A DNA stretch of 63,790 nt, counting the filler, from an uncultured Rhodopirellula sp. (GTDB taxonomy: Bacteria; Planctomycetota; Planctomycetia; Pirellulales; Pirellulaceae): the NCBI GenBank assembly GCA_964007735.1. It is 5 parts of 5 records of this genome, joined end to end, with 100 filler letters (N's around TTAATTAATTAA, not from the genome) between each part and the next. Parts side by side here need not be neighbours in the genome. Positions count along the whole stretch, not along the records: positions 42,402 to 55,889 come from CAXGAI010000079.1; positions 55,990 to 63,790 come from CAXGAI010000099.1; 3 more parts are not named here. One strand, written 5' to 3'. Positions 50,700 to 60,314 of this stretch are shown piece by piece. Under the pieces are notes generated by a model. It did not search any database. It was given only the letters and a program-made list of their open reading frames with translations, and was not told the DNA's origin. Positions within the stretch are counted from its first letter, which is position 1, and each line of letters starts with the position of its first letter. Made by a program: the position numbers and the translations under genes.

Positions 50700-52220
50700 A
50701 TGATAAATCCTAATCCATTACGTGAAAATGAATTGCTGGTGACTCGTCGTCACCTGTTTGGTAAAACCGCGCTTGGGCTTGGTACGGCTGCTATGGCGGG
50801 CCTGATCGGAAACGAACTCCGCGCTGCACCGAAGAGTACCGGGTTAGGCGGTCTGGAGGGTTTGCCACATCACCAGCCTAAAGCAAAGAGTGTGATCTAT
50901 CTCTTTATGAGCGGTGGCCCAAGTCACATTGATTTATGGGACTACAAACCCAAGTTGATGGAACAGTTTGGAGAGCAATTACCTGACGAGATTCGTGACG
51001 GCCAGCGGGTGACAGGGATGACGGCTAATCAAAAGAGCGGTTTTCCGTTGGCTCCCAGTCGATACAAGTTCACCAAGCAGGATAATAACGCGTCCGGACT
51101 ATGGACGAGTGAGTTGTTGCCACATACTGCGACCCTCGCCAAAGAACTGTGTGTTGTTCACAGTACGTTCACTGACGCCATTAATCACGACCCTGCGATT
51201 ACGTATATTCAAACCGGCGCCCAAACGCCTGGTCGCCCCAGCTTGGGGGCTTGGCTGAGTTACGGGTTAGGTACGGCCAATGAAAACTTGCCTCATTACG
51301 TTGTAATGCACGCTCGAACGAAGTTCCCTGAACAAAGTTTGTTTAATCGTCTTTGGGGCCCGGGGTTTTTGTCGTCGGATCATCAGGGGATTTTGATGCG
51401 AAGTCAGGGTGACCCTGTATTGTTTCTCAGTAACCCTACCGGCATTAGCCGTCAGGATCGGCGAGCCCAGCTAGATGCGCTCGCTGCTATCAATCAACGG
51501 CAGGCAGACCAGTTCGGCGACCCTGAAGTTCTATCTCGTATCAAACAGCATGAAATGGCTTTTCGTATGCAGGCGTCTGTGCCCGAGCTCGTTGATTTTT
51601 CTGATGAGACGGCAGGAACACTCAAAATGTACGGCGAGGACGTAAACACTCCAGGTACGTTTGCGGCAAGCTGTTTGACCGCTCGTCGACTCGCGCAGCG
51701 TGGGGTTCGGAACATTCAGATATTCCATCGGGGATGGGATGCTCACGGTAATTTGGCTGGTGAGCATAGTTCGCAGGCCAAGGATATTGATCAGGCAACC
51801 GCCGGGTTGATCACCGACCTGAAGCAACAGGGGATGCTGGATGAAACACTGGTTGTATGGGGTGGAGAGTTTGGTCGAACTCCTTACTGTCAGGGCGGAT
51901 TAACTCGGGAGAATTACGGGCGGGACCATCACCCTCGATGTTTCACAACCTGGATGGCCGGCGGTGGTGTTAAGCCCGGAATCACCTACGGTCGTACCGA
52001 TGATTATGGTTACAATATTGCTGACGAGAACGGGGATCCAGTCAGGCCCCAGCCAAATAAAGATAATTGGACTCCCGGCACTATGCATATCCATGACTTG
52101 AATGCCACCATTCTGCATTTGATGGGAATCGACCACACAAAATTGACTTACCGCTATCAGGGACGTGACTTCAGATTAACCGATGTGCATGGCCACGTAC
52201 TGACAGACATTCTTAGTTAA
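50700..52220 (+). CDS. DUF1501 protein
   Basis: TRRHLFG, AKSVIYLFMSGGPSHIDLWDYKP, AINHDPA, GWDAH, WGGEFGRT, GRDHHP, RLTDVHG. Confidence 0.92.
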   Translation: MINPNPLRENELLVTRRHLFGKTALGLGTAAMAGLIGNELRAAPKSTGLGGLEGLPHHQPKAKSVIYLFMSGGPSHIDLWDYKPKLMEQFGEQLPDEIRDGQRVTGMTANQKSGFPLAPSRYKFTKQDNNASGLWTSELLPHTATLAKELCVVHSTFTDAINHDPAITYIQTGAQTPGRPSLGAWLSYGLGTANENLPHYVVMHARTKFPEQSLFNRLWGPGFLSSDHQGILMRSQGDPVLFLSNPTGISRQDRRAQLDALAAINQRQADQFGDPEVLSRIKQHEMAFRMQASVPELVDFSDETAGTLKMYGEDVNTPGTFAASCLTARRLAQRGVRNIQIFHRGWDAHGNLAGEHSSQAKDIDQATAGLITDLKQQGMLDETLVVWGGEFGRTPYCQGGLTRENYGRDHHPRCFTTWMAGGGVKPGITYGRTDDYGYNIADENGDPVRPQPNKDNWTPGTMHIHDLNATILHLMGIDHTKLTYRYQGRDFRLTDVHGHVLTDILS

Positions 52221-52234
52221 TTCGTTCAAATAAT

Positions 52235-53719
52235 TTGGTTTTTAGGATCGTTGCGGTGGTAAAGACAGGCGTGTGGTTGCCAGTGGTCGCTCTGTTACTT
52301 ATGGCAGGTGATCTTATTGCGAAAGGTCCGAATGTCTTGCTTATCGTCAGCGACGACTTAAATCGTCATCTCTCGATTGCCGGTTATGACCAGGTGTCAA
52401 CTCCTGCGCTAAGTCGGCTAGCTCAGGCAGGCATGCGATTTAATCGGGCTTATTGTCAGTACCCAGTATGCGGACCCTCCAGGGCCTCTTTTTTAACGGG
52501 TGTTTATCCGGAGTCGACCGGTGTGCTTGATAATAAAACTGATATTCGCGTCGTAAATCCTGGATTGAAAAGCTTGCCTCAGCTGTTCAAGGAGGCAGGG
52601 TACTGGACGGGAGGCGTAGGCAAGGTTTTTCATGGCAAACTGGATCAGGGTGAAGCGGCATGGGATAAGTATCACATGTTTCAAAATGAATGGAATCCCG
52701 TCTTAAAGCCTGCCCAGGATGCCTTTGAGTCGGCATTTGGAAGTATTGATCTACCCAAAAACCAAAAAGCCTGGCGCGCCAGGTTGAAGGAATTACGTGT
52801 GACAGCAGGAGGTCAGACTCCTCCCGGCTATGGTCCCACGCAAATGACAGATGCTCAGCATCGTGACGGTAAAAACGTAAGGCAGGTAAGTGACTGGTTA
52901 CGTAACGAAGAGTATGGCGAACAGCCGTTTTTTATCGCTTGTGGAATTCATAAACCACACGTTCCTTTTTGGGCTCCACAAAAGTACTTCGATAGGCACC
53001 CTCTCAAGGACATTCCCTTGGCTACAGTACCAGTAGGGGATTGGGAGGATATTCCAGCCAAAGCATTGGTGCATCGATATGAAGCATTTGGCTTTGAAGC
53101 TGGAGTCGAGGATAGGGAGCTTCGACGGAAATATATGCAGGCCTATCATGCTTGTATTTCTTTTGTGGATGCCCAGATTGCTGAAATCTGGAAAGCAATC
53201 GATGAACGCAACTTGTGGGAAGACACCGTCATTGTTTTTATTTCAGATCATGGCTATCACTTAGGAGAACATTTTCTTTGGGGAAAGGTCACGCTTTTTG
53301 AAGAATGTGCGAGAGTTCCGATGGTGATCCACGCTCCTGGAATAACCATAGCTGAGAGCCAGACCCAAAGTTTGGTTGAATTGGTGGATCTTGTGCCTAC
53401 GCTGTGCCAGTTATGTAATATTACTATCCCCGCGTATGTACAGGGTGTATCACTTAAGCCGGTGCTGCAGAATCCTGACGCGATGGTCAAAAAGCAAGCT
53501 TATACGGTCGTGACCCGCGGACCTTCTACATTAGGGAGATCGGTGAGAACCGAAAGGTGGCGTTTTGCTGACTGGGGTGACGAACAATTTGAATTGTATG
53601 ATTTGAAAAATGATCCCACTGAGCTTGAAAATCGAATTAAGATGAGTCCAGAGTTTCAGCTTCAACGCATGCAGCGTGTGTTGAAGCAGGCAACCGGTAG
53701 GGCTGTTGATAACAACTAA
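52235..53719 (+). CDS. Formylglycine-dependent sulfatase (iduronate-2-sulfatase-like)
   Basis: PNVLLIVSDDL, CGPSRASFLTG, GKVFH, KPHVP, SDHGYHLGEH; exact start uncertain. Confidence 0.93.
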   Translation: MVFRIVAVVKTGVWLPVVALLLMAGDLIAKGPNVLLIVSDDLNRHLSIAGYDQVSTPALSRLAQAGMRFNRAYCQYPVCGPSRASFLTGVYPESTGVLDNKTDIRVVNPGLKSLPQLFKEAGYWTGGVGKVFHGKLDQGEAAWDKYHMFQNEWNPVLKPAQDAFESAFGSIDLPKNQKAWRARLKELRVTAGGQTPPGYGPTQMTDAQHRDGKNVRQVSDWLRNEEYGEQPFFIACGIHKPHVPFWAPQKYFDRHPLKDIPLATVPVGDWEDIPAKALVHRYEAFGFEAGVEDRELRRKYMQAYHACISFVDAQIAEIWKAIDERNLWEDTVIVFISDHGYHLGEHFLWGKVTLFEECARVPMVIHAPGITIAESQTQSLVELVDLVPTLCQLCNITIPAYVQGVSLKPVLQNPDAMVKKQAYTVVTRGPSTLGRSVRTERWRFADWGDEQFELYDLKNDPTELENRIKMSPEFQLQRMQRVLKQATGRAVDNN

Positions 53720-53745
53720 AACTAGCATTTGAAGAAAGAAATCCA

Positions 53746-54879
53746 ATGAAGTTGAATCTCGTAAAGTCTTTACTGGCGATGATTGTGTTCCTCTTGGCAA
53801 TCGATGTGAGTCCACTCGGGGCAGCCGATGTAAAAGCTTCGAAACGTTCCTTTGGTAAAACCGCCGCCGGCGAAAAAGTACACGAGTATACATTGAAAAA
53901 CGAGAATGATGTCACGGTGAAGTTGATTACTTTTGGTGCCACGATGACGTCTCTTCTCACACCGGATCGTGATGGGAATTTGGCCGATATCGTCCTCGGA
54001 TATGACGATATCACAGGATATGAGAGTGATCCTATCTTCTCAGGTTGTATCGTGGGGCGATTTGCCAATCGGATTTCAAATGCCAGCTTTGAGCTTGAAG
54101 GTAAGAAGTACGAGTTAGCGAAAAACTTTTCGGGTGGGCATCATCTGCACGGCGGAGAAGTTGGCTTTAATGCGAGAGTATGGGACGCTAAGATTATTAA
54201 GCAAGAGAATGGCACGGGAGTTGTTTTTTCGTTGATTAGTCCAGACGGGGACGAAGGATATCCTGGTCGGTTGGCGGTTCGGGTGAAATATCTTCTCAAT
54301 AATAACAATGATTTGACGATTGATTATTGGGCGACAACGGACAAGACCACACATCTCAATTTGACGCAACACTCCTATTACAATCTGGCAGGTCATGACA
54401 GTGGTGATGTTCATAATCATTTTGTTCGCCTGTATTGTGAACATTATCTACCGGTCGACGGGGATGGAGTACCAACCGGTGAGATTAAATCAGTGGAAGG
54501 GACGCCGTTCGATTTCCGTGAGGGCGCCAGGATTTCCCGGCAAGTTGCTGAAGGACGATTTGATCATAACTACGTATTGTCTTTGGAACGTCCGGAAAAA
54601 CCGATGCTGTTAGCACGAGTGTCGGAAGGCTCTTCGGGACGAGGTATGTCGGTGCGTACAGATCAGCCCGGCGTTCAATTTTACACGTCAATTCACATGA
54701 AAGAGACGCCGGGGAAAAACGGCGTAGTCTACAATACCAATCAGGCATTATGCCTGGAAACGCAACACTTTCCTGACACACCTAATAAACCGAATTTTCC
54801 TTCGACCGTCCTGAAAGCAGGCGAAGAATTTCGGTCTAGAACGGTTCACCACTTCTACACATGGCAGCCTAAGAAATAG
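53746..54879 (+). CDS. galM: Aldose 1-epimerase (galactose mutarotase), exported
   Basis: Signal peptide; GRFANRI, HLHGG, GYPG, NLTQHSYYNL, DHNY, CLETQHFPD. Confidence 0.93.
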   Translation: MKLNLVKSLLAMIVFLLAIDVSPLGAADVKASKRSFGKTAAGEKVHEYTLKNENDVTVKLITFGATMTSLLTPDRDGNLADIVLGYDDITGYESDPIFSGCIVGRFANRISNASFELEGKKYELAKNFSGGHHLHGGEVGFNARVWDAKIIKQENGTGVVFSLISPDGDEGYPGRLAVRVKYLLNNNNDLTIDYWATTDKTTHLNLTQHSYYNLAGHDSGDVHNHFVRLYCEHYLPVDGDGVPTGEIKSVEGTPFDFREGARISRQVAEGRFDHNYVLSLERPEKPMLLARVSEGSSGRGMSVRTDQPGVQFYTSIHMKETPGKNGVVYNTNQALCLETQHFPDTPNKPNFPSTVLKAGEEFRSRTVHHFYTWQPKK

Positions 54880-54899
54880 CCCTCGGGAGAAAAAAGGCG

Positions 54900-55889
54900 T
54901 CAGAATTGTAAACCGTCTAAAGCCCCTGTGCTGGAACCAAAACGGTTGGTTTCTATGGTCATGTTCTGGAGCATGGAAACAAAGAGATTGCTTAGTGGGG
55001 TGTTCTTTTCGCGATCGAAGACCCTGTGTTGACCATGTTTGAAACCACCGCCGGCTAGGAGAATAGGAAGATTGGTGTTTGTGTGGGTGTTGGCATTGCC
55101 CATGTTGCTTCCAAACAGCAGCATGGTTTGGTCAAGGAGTGACTCGTCGGTCATTTGCGTCGATTTCATCAATTTCATTTGTTGTTGTAATAATTGCATT
55201 TGTCGAAGATCGGTGATCTCGAGTTGTTTGAGGTGGTCGTCCCGTTGCCCGTGGTGGCTTAAATTGTGGTAGTTGGACAAGGATTTCCTGTCCTCGTCGT
55301 AATTGAAAACACCCGTTTCAAATGCATCAATCATGATAGTAACGATTCGGGTTGAGTCGGTTTGCAGAGCAAGTCGCGCCATGGTCAGCATTTGGTCAAG
55401 CTTTTCTATAAAGCGGGCGCGATCGGTAATATCTTTGGGAGGCGGAGTGTTGATGGTGGGTTTGGGCTTATTGACCCACTGGCCGGAGGTCTCCAGCCGT
55501 TGTTCCAGTTCGCGAATGGAGGTGAAATACTGGTCCAGACGTTGCCGATCGTATTTTGAGAGACGTATTTTCAATGAAGTTGTCGTATCGTTGATCGCAT
55601 CCAGAATGCTCTTGCGTCGTTTAAGATTCTGAATAACCTCCTGTTGGTCTTTGGCGGATCCTTGTAAGAACATTAGCTTGAAGAGCGCAGCCGGGCTGTC
55701 GATTGCCGGCAACAGGACCCCATCACGCGTCCAGGAAAGACTGCGGAGTGCTTTGTTGAGGTTGACACCAAGATTCAAAGTAGAGAATCGCGTTTTTCGG
55801 CCCAATGCCTCGGCGGCGTATTGATCCAGGGAAATCGTATTCCTGAACCGGCTACCGGTCGGATGTTTGGCAGCGGTCAGAAAACAGTT
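54900..55889 (-). CDS. DUF1552 (HxxSHH) protein, 5' truncated
   Basis: Frame open to the gap (NCFLTAAKHP...NTISLDQ); YFTSIRELE, DSTRI, YHNLSHH, LPILLAGGGFKHG. Confidence 0.9.
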   Translation of the reverse strand, partial: NCFLTAAKHPTGSRFRNTISLDQYAAEALGRKTRFSTLNLGVNLNKALRSLSWTRDGVLLPAIDSPAALFKLMFLQGSAKDQQEVIQNLKRRKSILDAINDTTTSLKIRLSKYDRQRLDQYFTSIRELEQRLETSGQWVNKPKPTINTPPPKDITDRARFIEKLDQMLTMARLALQTDSTRIVTIMIDAFETGVFNYDEDRKSLSNYHNLSHHGQRDDHLKQLEITDLRQMQLLQQQMKLMKSTQMTDESLLDQTMLLFGSNMGNANTHTNTNLPILLAGGGFKHGQHRVFDREKNTPLSNLFVSMLQNMTIETNRFGSSTGALDGLQF

Positions 55890-55989
55890 NNNNNNNNNNN
55901 NNNNNNNNNNNNNNNNNNNNNNNNNNNNNNNNNTTAATTAATTAANNNNNNNNNNNNNNNNNNNNNNNNNNNNNNNNNNNNNNNNNNNN
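55890..55989. other. Artificial contig linker
   Basis: 44 N + TTAATTAATTAA + 44 N. Confidence 0.99.
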
Positions 55990-58321
55990 AATTAAGGATT
56001 CCTTGAATGCTCTTAGCCTCTGAACCAGTATAAGGCAAAGGGCTAAGTCGGTCGTCAGATATCTTTTTCTGAGACGATTCATAATTAACATCCAATCCGG
56101 GACGGCGATAACCAAAATCTGGATCCGCAAAAATCGCTGCTTCTTTATTTTTAGCATCAACCCCAGGCAACAACAGATCACTTGAAGCGTGAAGGTAGGC
56201 GAGCTCATAATTTTCACCCGTAAAATGCCCATTCTGGTCCATCATCGTTGCAAAACTATGGATGCCCAAACCTTGGTCCGCACAGATTAAGAGCCTTTTC
56301 GTGTTTTCAGGCCAATGCTCTTGTGTGGGCTGAAGCACAGCTTCATAAGCTTTTTTCATGAGCCCCACGAAAACATTGTCAGCAATGGGATCGAAAGCTC
56401 CCTGCTTCATTATTCGGTCAATGCGTGAAGTCTCCCCGAGAGTAACCCACTTTACAGTGGCATTACGGGTAATAACCAGACAGCCATACTTTGGCTGCAG
56501 TCCTCCATCAGTATTTTGATGGTCGTATTTCACGTACTCAAGCAACACTGAATCCTCCGGGAGTGACCGTTTCAACTGATCCAATCTTGCTTTGAGTGGA
56601 TCAATCCATTGGGGCGATTGGCGGGCCATCGAATGAAGCTGCTTATCCAATTTATCCAACCGGGAGCTTATTCCAACACTTGAGCCAGCCGATTCATGTT
56701 CTAAACCCAATTGTTCTCGGTGTTTCTGGAGTCGCTTATACGAATGATATTGCTCAAGTTCGGAGACAGTTTTCATACGAAGATGGCGTAATGCCTCAAA
56801 AGCCGTATCCCCTGAGGATTGAGCGGCCAACAAATCCATTTTTCTGGAAGCCCAAACCCATCCTTTTGTCCGCAACAAATGCTCAGCCAATATTTCTGCC
56901 TCTCCACAATTAGCCAAAAAACCGTACACTGGTTTTACTGTGGAAGATGCCCAGCGTTGTCGCTCAGAGCCATAACCGATTATTTCAGCTACTTTAGATT
57001 CATGGATCTCACTGATCCGACGCGCCCAGACTCTCGCTTCTACACTTTTCCCATAGCGCAACAGTAGCTGATGTTGCGTTGTGCAGTAATGAATAATTCC
57101 AGCGATATGGCTGACTGGCAGCTCAAAATTCACGTCCACTCCCGCCAAGGTCTCAGAAGCTGAATCTAACTGGTTTAATTTAATTTGAGTCTCAGCCAAC
57201 TTAGAGGTCAGTGAAAGCACACGACTTCCTTCATGGCCAAAGTTCTCTTTATAGTATTCAAGCCCACGTCGATATTGTTCTTTGGCCACCCGAAAGTTCC
57301 CTTTTGCCACGTAAATATCGCCCTCCAAGCTATGCAATGTATGCCGGCCAGAAAAGCCATTCAGTGGCGGGGCAGCAGCAATTCCTACAGATTCCTCCTG
57401 GCAATACTTAAGTGCCTCATCGTATCGCTCTAAAAGTAACAGTGTTTGAGCCAAATTACGAAAATTTTGGTTACGGATTATCAATGGGGTAAAGAACCGC
57501 TGCTCAATTATTTTTTCGACGTTGAAACCCGACTGGAGAGCCTTCTCATGATCGCCAATCATTCTGTATGTAGCACTAATTTCCATCCGGTTCCTCAAAG
57601 ACTCTAGACTATCGCGCATGTTGTGGTGAAAATGCAGGCGACGAATTCGAATCAAATGTTTTAGAACACTCATTTGATCTCCAGTATTGCCATATAAATT
57701 GGCAACTTCACGAAGTGGTTCCACTAGGTTTAGTGAAGTCTCGCCTTCAGCTTTTTCCACCAGCTCCACCGCACGTAAAAGTTGTGTCTCGGATTCGTGA
57801 TACTTACCCAAATAATTATGTGTTCGCCCCTTTTGAACCAAGGCTGCTCGATATATAGAGTTATCTGAATCGACTAACCGCATGGCCTTTACGGTGTACT
57901 CCAACGATTTGCGATATGCTTGGGCATGGAAATGGTGTTGTGCCAATTCCATCGCGGTCAAAGCGGGAATCTCGGGATCTTTGGAATACTTATGGGAATT
58001 GGTTTCGAACAGTTTAGCCAAACGCTCGGTCGAAGCGTCCTGATCCAACTTATTTAACTCATATACGATCTCGGAAATAATCACGCCCTGCTCGTTTTTC
58101 AAATGCCATAAGCCATGACGCATGCCTTTGGAGTACTTCCGCACCTGGGTCAAATTATGGGGCCTCGAAATGAGCATTTCTCCAGTATAAGGCTCCAACT
58201 CACCCTTTTTGTAGACCAACCCACCTTTAACCCCGAACGATTGAAAAGTTCCTCGCCCCCCCTGTTTAGCTTCCCCAAAAACTAGGCATACGACGAAACA
58301 GCTGATAATCAGAAGACGCAT
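55990..58321 (-). CDS. Exported MORN-like + TPR + CHAT domain protein, 3' truncated
   Basis: Signal peptide; EPYTG...YSKGMRHGLW; kinesin-light-chain-type TPRs; LPEDSVLLEYVKY, RLLICADQGL..SFATM, IFADPDFG, LSPLPYTGSEA (start of a CHAT domain). Confidence 0.75.
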
Positions 58322-58478
58322 ATTTGCTTGGACGTACTAGAAACATATATATTGGCCTATTTCAAGAAAATGCCATGAACCTAATTAATTGTTTGAATGA
58401 ATTTTATTAATTTTAGGCTTTTCCAGAGAAATCCGAAAAAACTAGTTTTCATCGCGAAAATAAATTAATTCCCGGCCC

Positions 58479-58624
58479 ATGCAGTATTTTTATGGGCCCC
58501 CTTCCCCTTCATCGCTTTATTAATCGTTATGGGTTGTAAAAAAGAGACTGACGTAGAAAGTAGCGCTCAGGCTGAGAAACCATATCCCGCAGTCGAAAAT
58601 AGAACTCAGTTAGAAGTTCAATGA
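58479..58624 (+). pseudogene. Possible frameshifted lipoprotein remnant
   Basis: Frame reads LWAPFPFIALLIVMGCKKETDVESSAQAEKP (lipobox-like VMG-C). The upstream ATG at 58479 joins it only if one T is added to the T run at 58487-58491. Confidence 0.3.
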
Positions 58625-58766
58625 AAAATACAGGATGATCCATTTGTAAGTGGCAATAAACCAACATTCCAATCGGAGCTCTGCTCACACACGATCGTCG
58701 CACCCGCAAAGCAAACTTTGCACTTAACCCCATACATAACTTAACAAAGATAGAGAAAAACATTTT

Positions 58767-60314
58767 ATGAAACTCTATAAGATTATCTATCTGGCCTCGT
58801 TCCTCCTGACGCTTGGCGTGAGCTTGGCCGAGCAACGCCCCAACATCTTGTTTATCTATACGGACGACCAGTCTCACCGGACGGTCAGCTGTTATGACGA
58901 AGCCTATCCCTGGGTTAAAACACCCAACATAGATGCGCTCGCCGCCAAGGGCGTTCGTTTCACGCACGCCTACATTGGTACCTGGTGCATGCCCTCGCGG
59001 GCGACCATGCTGACCGGGCATCACCAATATGGCGTAGAGTCGATGAGGATGGAGGGCCAATATCCCGGCAGTGTATATGATCCGAAGAAATGTCCCTTTT
59101 GGCCACGGGTGTTTCGGAAACACGGATACACGACCGCTCAGATCGGCAAATGGCATACCGGCATCGATAGCGGGTACGGACGCGATTGGGATCACCAGCT
59201 TGTTTGGAGTCGCCCCAAATACCCCCAGAACGCGGGCAATTATTTTGATGATCAAATCATTGAAGTAAACGGGAAAAAGCAACGCATCTCTGGCTACACA
59301 ACTGATTGGTACACAGATCGGGCGATCGATTTTATTGAGGGGAAAAGTCGTGACCCGAAATCTCCCTGGTACTTGTGGCTCTGCTTTGGAGCCGTCCACG
59401 GCCCATTCACGCCGGCGGACCGCCACCGCAATTCCTATCCAGATGCCGTGGTTCCCGAACCCGCAGATATCTATCCCGATCAACCCGCTAGAAAGGGTAA
59501 GCCCAAATATGTGAGAGAGCGAAGTCGCTGGGTCCGCAACAGCGATGGCCATGCCGAGCTGGATTCAGGAGTGAAACAGCGAACTGTAAAAAACGCTCCC
59601 ATCCACGGGAACACGCTACAAAACTGGGTGCGTCAATATCATCAAGGCGTGCTTGCTATCGATGATTCCGTGGGCCGCCTTCGCGAAGCTCTGGAAAAAT
59701 CCGGCCAACTAAACAACACACTGATCGTCTTTGCGGCCGATCAGGGAATCGCCTGGGGACAAAAAGGCTTCCAGCAAAAGATTGCTCCCTACGATGCTAA
59801 TATCCGCGGGCCACTGATCATGTCTTTCCCCGGGAAGATTCCTAACGGCAAAGTCTGCCCGACCCCAGTCGGTGGAACAGATCTACCCCCAACCTTTTTC
59901 TCCCTTGTCAACCTTCCTTTGCCTTGGAAGATGCACGGGCACGACCTGACTCCGCTCCTGAAGAATCCGGATTCAGAATGGAACCATCCCGTTTTAACAG
60001 CTCTCACCGGAGAAAAGTACGGCTCGGATACCGATATCGTTCCAACCGACCCGGAGATACTCTACAAGACTGCCAGAGTCCCATGGTGGATTTCCCTCAT
60101 GAGCGAGCGTCACAAATACATCCGCACACTGGTCAAAGGCGAAGTCGAAGAACTCTACAACCTTGAAACCGACCCTGAGGAATTAAACAACCTTGCCCTC
60201 GACCCCAAACACCTTGCAAAACTTCGGGAAATGCGGGCCGCGATGATTGCTGAACTGAAGAGAACAGACGCCGGCCTAGTAGACAATCTGCCTAAATTCT
60301 CCACTCCGAAGTAA
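58767..60314 (+). CDS. Formylglycine-dependent sulfatase
   Basis: Signal peptide, RPNILFIYTDDQ, CMPSRATMLTG, IGKWH, AVHGP, ADQG, EELYNL..DP.E..NL. Confidence 0.93.
   Translation: MKLYKIIYLASFLLTLGVSLAEQRPNILFIYTDDQSHRTVSCYDEAYPWVKTPNIDALAAKGVRFTHAYIGTWCMPSRATMLTGHHQYGVESMRMEGQYPGSVYDPKKCPFWPRVFRKHGYTTAQIGKWHTGIDSGYGRDWDHQLVWSRPKYPQNAGNYFDDQIIEVNGKKQRISGYTTDWYTDRAIDFIEGKSRDPKSPWYLWLCFGAVHGPFTPADRHRNSYPDAVVPEPADIYPDQPARKGKPKYVRERSRWVRNSDGHAELDSGVKQRTVKNAPIHGNTLQNWVRQYHQGVLAIDDSVGRLREALEKSGQLNNTLIVFAADQGIAWGQKGFQQKIAPYDANIRGPLIMSFPGKIPNGKVCPTPVGGTDLPPTFFSLVNLPLPWKMHGHDLTPLLKNPDSEWNHPVLTALTGEKYGSDTDIVPTDPEILYKTARVPWWISLMSERHKYIRTLVKGEVEELYNLETDPEELNNLALDPKHLAKLREMRAAMIAELKRTDAGLVDNLPKFSTPK

Noticed and set aside
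58527..59552. 341-aa minus-strand ORF
   Set aside because: Antisense shadow of a well-supported sulfatase; no recognisable motifs
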